A DNA stretch of 64,000 bases from Octopus vulgaris (lineage: Eukaryota). The position numbers were made by a program, and so were the translations under genes. This document shows positions 54,461-64,000 of the stretch, in pieces (the stretch's first letter is position 1; every line of letters starts with the position of its first letter). Under the pieces are notes generated by a model. That model worked only from the letters and a program-made list of their open reading frames with translations. It did not search any database and was not told where the DNA came from. Location: NCBI GenBank assembly GCA_951406725.2, contig OX597825.1, positions 43,462,001-43,526,000 on the forward strand. Direction: 5' to 3'.

Positions 54461-57332
54461 TTGTTGATGCTCATTGCAAAGCTTAATCTCAGTACGGAAT
54501 GTAGCCTTTTGAAATCAATTTGTGTGTCGGAAGGAACCAGACGAATCTTTGGAATGAAAACGTCTTCACCACTTGCTTTCCCATTCAGTATTGTTGCCTA
54601 CAACACTGTCTGCATGAATTTTTAGATAATAAGTCTCGTGCCATTGCATAATTTTGGAGGATCGAGGTTTCTTAAAAGTATCAGTGGGTTCCAACCTTTA
54701 AATGCAATTCGTGCGGTGGTAGACCTGAAGGTGCAAGGCTATTGAGGAATTCAACAGGGAAATGAACAGCATCATTGGTGTGGAGCAGAATTGACTTGTA
54801 TGTTGACGATCGCCAGGCAGTTGTCCCAGAAGGTGATTGTTTATGCCATCTACTGCGACATTTTTGGCGTCAAAATTGCACGTTTTCTCAGCCAACAGTG
54901 ATCTTTGAATTGTGTGTTCAGATTGGAGAAACCTCTTGCCAATAGTTCGTGTATATTTGACACCAAATTGCCAAAGGATAAACTAATCTTCCCATCATGC
55001 TCAACAATTACAGCACTGTTTCCAATATCTATTAATTGCCTACAGAAGTTCTCCATATGCGCATCACCACCTAACTGCACTCTCATATTTGAGTTTCAAC
55101 CTTCTAACCTTGCTCCAAAGGTATGAAAATTTGATGCTCGCATTTACCTCATCTGCTCTCGCTCCCTTTGAAATAACTGGGAGTGTTTGTCGAAAGTCTC
55201 CTGCAAGGAGTACTGCTAGGCCGCCCATTAGCCTTAAGTTGCGCCTCAGATCTTGAAGTAATCTGTCAAGAGCCTCAAAAGCTCCCTTATAACTTCTTGT
55301 CGCTTCACCCCAAATGATCAATTTGCACTCGGTGAGAATTTTTGCTTTTGTAATGCCACGTCTGAGATTGCAAGTTGCTATGTCTTTTTTACAAGGTCCA
55401 GAGGCAATTTGAAGCACAAATGAGCAGTGCCTCCACCGTTTAACATAGTTGCAGCTATTCCACTTGACGCCACTGCAAGGGCTACCTGTTTATTTTGTCG
55501 CAGCTTTGCCAAAATAAGATTGATAATGAATGTTTTGCTAGTTCCACCTGGAGAATCGAGAAAGAAGAGATTACCAGTCTCGCTTTGAGTGGATGAAATA
55601 ATAGATTTGAAGGCAGTTTTTTTATCCTCATTCAATTTGTGTTCATTATCAGCCACAAACGCTGCCATTTCTTCGACGTCATAATTGATCTCCCGTACAT
55701 ATTCGATGTCAAGGGTTTCATGTGACACATCCGGTTGAGGCAGACCAAAATCAGCAACTCCATTGCCACCCATGGATTCTACTTGGTTGTCTAGGTCATT
55801 GAATGCCTCGTTGAAAATAGCCTCGTTGTATTCGAAAGTTTCCGATGGGTTCTGCCTTTGAATTCTGCGTAGTATATCCTGAATAGACGTTCATCAAAAT
55901 GTTGTATGAACTGTAAATAAGCAATAAATATTATGATTTGCAAAATAAGTATAACTGATACAGGGTGTCGCGAGTCAATGTGGTGTGGAAGTTTGGTTTC
56001 ATTTTTTAAGAATTTTAAGCATTCAAAGTATGAGTTCACTATACTGGGACAAACTTATGAAATACGTTGTGGAATGAAAAATGTATGTACTATCATCGTA
56101 AAATTTGAACATGAAAAATTCAGAATAATCGGAGTTATGGGCATTCATAGTGTAATGAAATTTAATTGAAAACCCTGCATGCATTATTACAATGTAGTTA
56201 TTAGGAGATATTGAAAAAATGTCTATTAATGCAATGTGTAAATTAATTACAGCAATATGCATATAACTGTTTAGATATTGAATTAGAATAGACGAAAAAT
56301 AATTGTATGATTTTGTAAATATGAAAATAATGAATCTGAGACTTGCTTGAGATCGCCGTTGTCGCATTAGAGCAGCTTGTGAAGTAGAAGCACCCAGTCG
56401 TACTCTGACTCGTCGTGGCATTTTAAAGGTGAACTTTATGAAGGCTAATTTATTAAAGGTAATATATGAATGTAGCATATATGTTAGAAGAAAGTGAAAT
56501 AATAACGTTCACACTGACTGGTGGTCGCTGTCAGTAACTGCGTTTAGTTTAGAGAGTTCTTGTTTTATAACTATAGAAAAGCAGCCAGAAGGATAGACAT
56601 ATCGTTGAGAACATATAATTTCGTTGGACTGTTATCTCCATTCCAGCCCTTGGTGTCCTAGAAGAGGTTAGAAGGGTCAAGTGGCAAAGACATTATTCTG
56701 CTTAGCAGAGGCATCTTAGGAAATGTACAACTGCCGTCATCATAGAAAAACTATTGTTTTATCGTGAGAAAAGCGTTGTTGACGTGTTAACTGAAGTTTG
56801 GCAATCGAGGATCGAATCCACGCTATGCCTGCATGAAGCCACTACAAATACGTTGTGAAAAAAAATTATCTACTGTCATGGAAAATGTGTAACTGTAAAA
56901 ATGCGGAATTATCGGAGTAATGGGCATTCAAAAATGTATTTATGTATAGAAATGTAGGAATGAAGAGATTCAAATTAAGGGAGTGTAATAATAATGTTTA
57001 GGAGTTCAAAACTGTGAGTAGTGAAATACAGAATTAGGTCGGCTGATTGTTGGTTCAAAGTAATCGCACATAAAAAATGAAATGGTTTTTAAAATATTTT
57101 GTAGGTGGTATGAGTTATTTCCTTTATGCGTTTAAAAAAATAGTTATATAAGGTAGATATAAAGGTCCGTTTGAGGGGCCATATTATCGATATTTTCAAC
57201 AATCTAAGCACGTCACGAGATTTCCAGACAAGAGTTCTACTCACGTGTCAGGTTTCATCAAAATCGATAAAACGATGTGGGAGGATTTAGCTAACAACGC
57301 CCAAAACAAATACACCGATTTTCCACTTCTGT

Positions 57333-57340
<8 letters not shown>
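54457..57340 (-). mobile_element. Helitron with internal deletion: 5' end, ORF start and degraded PIF1 helicase
   Basis: FFLDSPGGTSKT, AVASSGIAAT, LAGDFRQTLPV, LLRNLDPPKLCNGTRL, RLSFAMSINKA (cut at (CA)n); MPRRVRVRLG at 56420; 5'-end-like ATCGATTTTGATGAAACCTG at ~57250-57335. No Rep/HUH motifs seen. Confidence 0.9.
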
Positions 57341-57377
<37 letters not shown>

Positions 57378-57460
57378 CTATTTCTTCTACTAAAATTCTT
57401 CCAATTAATTATTTCACCCTTCATTATTACGGATAACTATATATATATATATATATATAT

Positions 57461-57533
<73 letters not shown>

Positions 57534-57536
57534 ATG

Positions 57537-57572
<36 letters not shown>

Positions 57573-58329
57573 TATATACATTCGCATATATACATACGTA
57601 TATGCACATACTTACATCTATACGTATATGTATGGATATGCGGGAACAGGGCGTCACGAAGCGTGTAGAACAAATAAATACGAAGTACGAGTGCATATAA
57701 TATGAACTATATTTTCGAACAACGAAAGACACAAACGGAAAACAAGACAAACAACATAATGAACGACACATCAGTTGTTGGCTGGTTTTCTACTTTCGTA
57801 TCTCGCACATTTAACAACAATATACGCTTTCGATAAAACATTTGCTCCCGCAAAGCAAATTAATAAACATTTAGAATTTTGTGGAGGGTCAAAATAGGTA
57901 AGACAAACAGGACAGTCAAAACAACAGGAAGGGGTGCTAAGCCTAAACGAAGTTGTTGGAGTGAAGGCGTAAATCAAGCTTGGACAGGAGACAGACATGA
58001 ATATGTGTTCCTTCTTCCACCTACAACGGTGAGAAAGAAAGAAACACTAGTTAGGAGAAGATAGAAAGATGGCCGATGATCACGTGGGAACGACGTGAGC
58101 TCCCACATGACCATCGGATAGAATAGTGGGAGATAGCAGCAACTATATATATATATATATATATATTAAATTAGAGATAATACATACATACATACATACA
58201 TACATACATACATGCATACATATGTAGCAGCAAAAATATTCAGAAGCGAATATTTATATAGATATTAATATAGTTATTATTATTGAACGCAAATCAAATA
58301 TATATATATAGGGATCCCTTCCGTGAGCT

Positions 58330-58470
58330 CTGTTATCGATTTATTTTCAACAATCTGAGTATGCCATGATGCTTCCAGACATGAGATCTACTCACATGTC
58401 AAATTTGATCAAAATTGATGAAACGATGTAGGAGGAGTTAGCTAACAACTCCACAAACACACCCACATAT
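58330..58470 (-). repeat. Second copy of the putative Helitron 5' terminal segment
   Basis: TTTTCAACAATCT..TTCCAGAC..CTACTCACRTGTCA..AAACGATGT.GGAGGA.TTAGCTAACAAC shared with 57190-57300. Confidence 0.75.
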
Positions 58471-58547
58471 GTAGTAGATACATCTATATGCATGTATGTA
58501 TATATATATATATATATACGCATGCATATTTGTACATATATATATAT

Positions 58548-58609
<62 letters not shown>

Positions 58610-58620
58610 ATGTTTGTATG

Positions 58621-58652
<32 letters not shown>

Positions 58653-58991
58653 TGTATGTATGTATGTATGTATGTATGTATGTATGTATGTATGTGTGTA
58701 TGTATTATCATCAGCAGTATACTACCAGCAAATGACACCTTATGTTTGTTCTACGTTATTGCCAACTCAATGCTATGGTCCTCCGCCAGTCCGGTCGTGG
58801 ATTTTTATCAATCCTGTTAATAATCTTGCTTTCTCTCTTTTTGTCTCTCTCCCTCTCTTTCTCTGTCTCTCTTGCTCTCTCTCTCTCTATATATATATAT
58901 ATATGTAAGGAGAGAGAGAGAGAGAGAAAGAGAAAGAGATAGGAATGAGTAAATATTCAAAATAAATAATCGTAACGATATTATTATTATT

Positions 58992-59529
58992 GAGTGAGAA
59001 AGCAGTGCATGCCATCAAAGTGACACTGGGGTAAAATATACGAAGCCCAATATACCCATCATGACTACCCGTCTGATAAAGGTACACCAGGCACATGCAT
59101 CACAACCATATGTGCGCGACATGGTGATCTCATATCAAGATAAACAGCACATGACCTTGCAGGTGGGGCCCAGTTAGAATTTTCTTCAGGTTGAGTAGCC
59201 CATCCCGCTCAAACGGTCCCTGAATAAGGGTTGTTTAAGGATGTTGAAAGAACCACCCATGTTTCCAGATGTGAACTATTCAAACCCCAAAGAATCCCTC
59301 TCAACACATGGCTATGATGCTCCCCCACTACTTCCGCTCGTGATCAGAGATGCACATATCGTCAGCCACTAAGGGACATGCTCAACTGGTTAAGGTCAAA
59401 CAACTGACAAGCAAATCTGTGGTATTAAGCAGAATATTTGCTGTAGCCCATCTTTTATACCAAGACAAAACAATGTACATGATAACACTTCCAATCAGTT
59501 AAGATCAGAAGCCATATGCCTGGTACTGC

Positions 59530-59530
<1 letters not shown>
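58992..59530 (-). mobile_element. Non-coding 540-bp insertion in an (ATT)n tract, probable non-autonomous retroposon
   Basis: Complex, GC-richer segment with (ATT)n on both sides; no ORF; strand is inferred. Confidence 0.5.
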
Positions 59531-59592
<62 letters not shown>

Positions 59593-60057
59593 CATTATTA
59601 TTATCAGGTGCAAATCCAAATAATTGATTATAACATTTATACTTGTGAGAGCAAGCGATATTATCATTAAACACTTATATAATTCTTAATTATATTAGAG
59701 CGTACAGGAAGCACCAATTCGCAAGAGAATAGAAGTGAAAACCCCCATCATAACCATTAATCGTACTGAAAATATGTAACAGACCAACAGAAATTGGGCA
59801 AACGAGTGAAATTTGACATATATTCTCATCTAAAAAGACGTAACGGATTACAACGAGGTGAGATGGATTTTTCATTTCAGGTACAGCAAGACCTGCTGAG
59901 GAGAACTGAGGCTCTAGCCGGAATTTGAAAGAATGAGCCTGATATATCTGATACCTTATTCTACAGTTTTTAGCTGAGATAATACGCAGTGGAATTGAAC
60001 CCGGAACCATGTGGTTAGTAAGCAAACTTCTTACTACTCAGCCATATACGTATGTGT

Positions 60058-60125
<68 letters not shown>

Positions 60126-60267
60126 GTATGCATGTTAGTGTGTATATGTGTGTTGGAAAATGTATGAAATCCTTGGTACTTACTGTTAGGTATATTTAAA
60201 AAAAGAAAGAATGACTTCAATGGTAGTTCTAATCAATTAGAAAATTAAATTGATTAGAACTACCACT

Positions 60268-60371
<104 letters not shown>

Positions 60372-60507
60372 GTATGTTTGTATGTATGTATGTATGTATG
60401 TTTGTGTGGGTATTAATAATAATAATATTGTCAACTAACTGATTGTCCTATATTATATTCATATATATACATATATATGATTGTCTTATATTATATTCAT
60501 ATATATC

Positions 60508-60562
<55 letters not shown>

Positions 60563-60814
60563 TGTTGTGTCTGGGGAGAGTCATTTTGTTTTTGTGCCTT
60601 ATAATTTAACACACTCACCGGTAAAATTTCCACTTATCCCTCAATTTTATTTTTCTAAAAATGTTCGTTGCGTCTTGCAACCTTTTCAAACCAAATCCGA
60701 AAACGAAATATGTGTATATATTCACATAATGCTTCTCAATATATATTATATTATATTTATATGCATGCGTGCGAGAGAGAGAGAGAGTGAGAGAGAGAGA
60801 GAGATAGTGTGTGT

Positions 60815-60865
<51 letters not shown>

Positions 60866-61919
60866 CGCGTGCGTGTGCGTGTGTGTTTGTGTGTGATAGC
60901 ATTAAAACCGTAGTATTCAAACATTTTTGTATTGAAGTGAATTTCCATTATCTACCATTTAATTGAGCAAATTTGAAGATATTGTTAGCATTCTTTCTTG
61001 AAGGTGTTCGCTCCATTCAAATCTCTGATAATTACTGCTTCTTTGGATGAAGACAATTACTTTGTCAAGCGGAAAGCTGAATTTTATTTATTTATTCATT
61101 AAATCATGTCAAAGATTCAATTTAATATACAATATTTACTCCCGGCTTCTTTGTGTGTAGATCTGAACAAAAATAGCTTGCAGCCTCTCGTAATAAGTTT
61201 TTTCTCGGCTCACCAGGAAGCGAATATCTTTTTCCTTATATTCTTTATATATACTTTTATGATCCTTTTTTCTCTTATATAATAATATGAAATTTCTTTA
61301 CTTTGTAAATGAAATCCAATATAACTTAAATGATCTCAGTTGACTCAATGTGAAATATCAGTTTGTATTATTTAAGAAAATAAAAGGATTGCTTCGATAT
61401 ATCCATAGATACATGAATTAGCTATTTATACTTTTGATAGTGAAATTAGAATTTAAAAAAAATTATAGATTTCTTTAATTGATTCTATATATAATAATGT
61501 TTTTTTTGTGTGCATAAAGTGACATTTTCCGAGATAATTTGATGCCTTACCGCATTCATCTTAATTCATAGTATTTTCAGTGGGAATTATAATAGGAAGA
61601 CGAGTGCAAAGCAAAAATCCTTGTGGAATTCCGAACGGCCTTTTAGGCATAAAGTTCAAATTCTAGTAAAGTTGACTTAACTTTTCTTAAAATGATAAAA
61701 TATTTACCATTCAAGTTATGCTTCGAAATCATAAATTAGTTACCACTTAGAAATTGTCATGTATCGATTTAAAACTTTAGTATTAGTATTAATGTTATTA
61801 TTGTCCGTCTATCATCACGTGTTGCACATTGCTCGCGTAAATTTATTATTTATATTATTATAAATTGTTATACGTTGTACTTTTGTTATCATTACATAGA
61901 TAAACTAACCACGACCTCA

Positions 61920-64000
61920 GTTTTCTCTATCTGTAACCCCTAGGGGCGAATTCGGGGTTTGCTTAACCTAGTACACCTGTCCAGTTCTTTTATAAAAGAA
62001 AGATGGCGGACAAACAACCACATGTTCGTAAAAAGTACAGCTACATGGAAAAGTCAGTGACTTCATCATCATCATCAGCAGCAGCAGTAACAGCAACAAG
62101 AGAAACAGGAATGAGGGCAATACAACACATGAAAAGTATGAAAGTATTTTCTTTCGCTTTCAACACCACCAGGAACAATAAAAGAAATCAATGACAATAA
62201 AAAGCAATAATACCAGTGAGAACACCACCTCCACCTCCACCGCCAGAGGTAACAAACTTTCCATGTTTGTTGGCACTGCTGGAAGTGGCGGTAGCAGCAG
62301 CAGCAACAAAGTAAAGGGTTACCTGTGTGTGACCCCTCCCAACACAATACAGCAATTGTTTCCTTCACGAGAGCAACCGAAAATACAGAGATAATAGAAA
62401 TAAGTGAAAACAAATTTAGAAAGCCAAACAAATGCTAAAGAAGAGGCTTTACAGAGTGAGCCTCACACATGCACCTGACGTCCTGGAAAACGCGCGACGT
62501 TGTACTGTAACATACCATACAATTGGAGTGAAGTCGCGACGAGTGGAGCGAAGCACTGAGTACCAGAACCAAAAGGATTCGTATGGGAACGCAAAACTCA
62601 TATCGCCTGTGACAGTGGATTTGGATCAATTTAAAACGTCAGAGGAAGCAAGATAACACTCATACACACCATTCAGAAGCGAAGAGCTCACTCTGCTGCA
62701 AACATATTGTGACCAAAGACTAGTAAAAGTTAAAGTATCCCAGGTGCCGTTCGCAATAGTTATTCCATGGCTAGTGGCAGCAGCCCTCATGAATGTTCAG
62801 GAGACGACACAAATCCTTGAAATAAAGAAAATAAAGATTGAAAACTGGTCAGGGTCTGGGATGGAACTTCTTATCCAAACAAACTAGGTAAACATTGACG
62901 CTATCACAGATATAATAGACTATTAGGACGATAATTACCTCCCTGTGACTGTAGGGGATAGAAAGCCAAAGTGAACACATGTGGCGCAAAAACGCTCCCT
63001 AAGGCTTTCTGCCCTCAGCAAACCACTAAACACATACGATCCTCTTCTGTCCTGCTTACGCCACTAACCACACCGGGACCCTCAGCGGTCACAATACCAC
63101 TAAAACTCCTAACAGCATTAACAGCAGCGGCAAATAAGTCAAAGACACATAACAACCCCCACAAATAGAGGGCTTGCCCATCCCCGACTCGGCACGCACG
63201 GACATAGAATGTAGCAATGAAGGGGAACCAAAAATTGTACATAATAAAGAAAAACAGAAAAAAGTTGACAGTTACTCCTCAAAGAAAGACAATGAAAAAA
63301 GACATCAGAAATATAAATAAAACAACACTAATCTCCACAGTACCATTCAATCCATCATCGCCACCAACAGCTGTACCACTAAGCTCACCTCCACAACCAA
63401 CATCAACATCGAAACAGACAACATCCCAAACACATGCAAATTTTCGTGTGCAAAAACAACAACCACAGCAAATAGAAGACACAAAATTCTCACACTACAC
63501 AACAATAAACATTAACAACAAAAATTTACTCCACTACATACAACACAACACCAACTTATCGAAAACATACTATATAACACTCAAAAAAGTTACTCATAGA
63601 CATAAAAATAATACACATAGATCAAAACACATGCACAGGTTTAAAAAGGAAATTCTCCGACGCAACAGGGGACTACCGAGGGACTCTACTAAAGAGAATG
63701 TACACAAATATTCTCGTTTTTCACAACTTTACACAAGGATGGAGCAACCACTTTTCTTCCAAAAGCCTAAGGTAACTGGTCTTCCTCGCTTTTCCCACTC
63801 TTTAGTCAACATGACCTCACTCAGAATAAGTAGTATAAATACATGTGGCCTAGGGTCATCCTAATATGAGGCCCATCAGCTCAACGACCTCAGTTCACTG
63901 AACATAGATGTCATGAGCATCAACGAAACCAAAATTTCGGAGGTCCGAGCCTTCGCACTTTCGGTGACTACGAGGTGTAAGCACCTCTAAGCCGTTCGGA
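61920..64000 (+). mobile_element. Tx1-clade LINE 5' part: degraded ORF1 and start of ORF2 APE
   Basis: AAGATGGCG start at 62003; ORF1 EELTLLQTYCDQRLVKVKVSQVP..WLVAA..ENWSGSG aligns with ORF1 at 3178-3411; decayed knuckle at ~62970-63012; MTSLRISSINTCGL..DVMSINETK from 63811. Confidence 0.85.

Noticed and set aside
57640-58120. Repeat with CTGATG on the minus strand and a hairpin at 58072-58117
   Set aside because: The hairpin is real but the hammerhead core is incomplete; family unassigned.
60930-61250. Possible L1-like RT relic on the minus strand
   Set aside because: Motifs are too degraded to support a call.

Overview
Eukaryotic, AT-rich, microsatellite-dense DNA (intergenic or intronic) with no confidently identifiable host gene. 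The tRNA-headed SINE families, the (TA)n/(CA)n/(ATAC)n/(ATT)n load and the transposon mix suggest a cephalopod, probably Octopus (inference). Nearly all recognisable content is mobile DNA. It includes Tx1/L1-clade LINE pieces (1-4.3 kb and 61.9-64 kb), two near-complete CR1-group LINEs (10.7-14.1 kb +; 21.2-25.0 kb -), several Penelope-like element (PLE) fragments, four mariners, a deleted Helitron, RTE/I/piggyBac-like relics and many SINEs. Three things stand out. (1) A head-to-tail array at 1-4.3 kb: one RT-bearing Tx1 element and two ORF1-only relatives, each ending at the same TTGAAATGAGGAGAGC motif, suggesting site-specific insertion with non-autonomous partners. (2) About eight type-I hammerhead ribozyme motifs in small elements, several with inverted repeats; one is a 172-bp retrozyme-like unit and one carries a tRNA-like head. 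(3) A LINE and the SINEs share a 3' end with a covarying stem-loop. Everything was read by eye; boundaries of decayed elements are approximate and no searches or folding programs were run.
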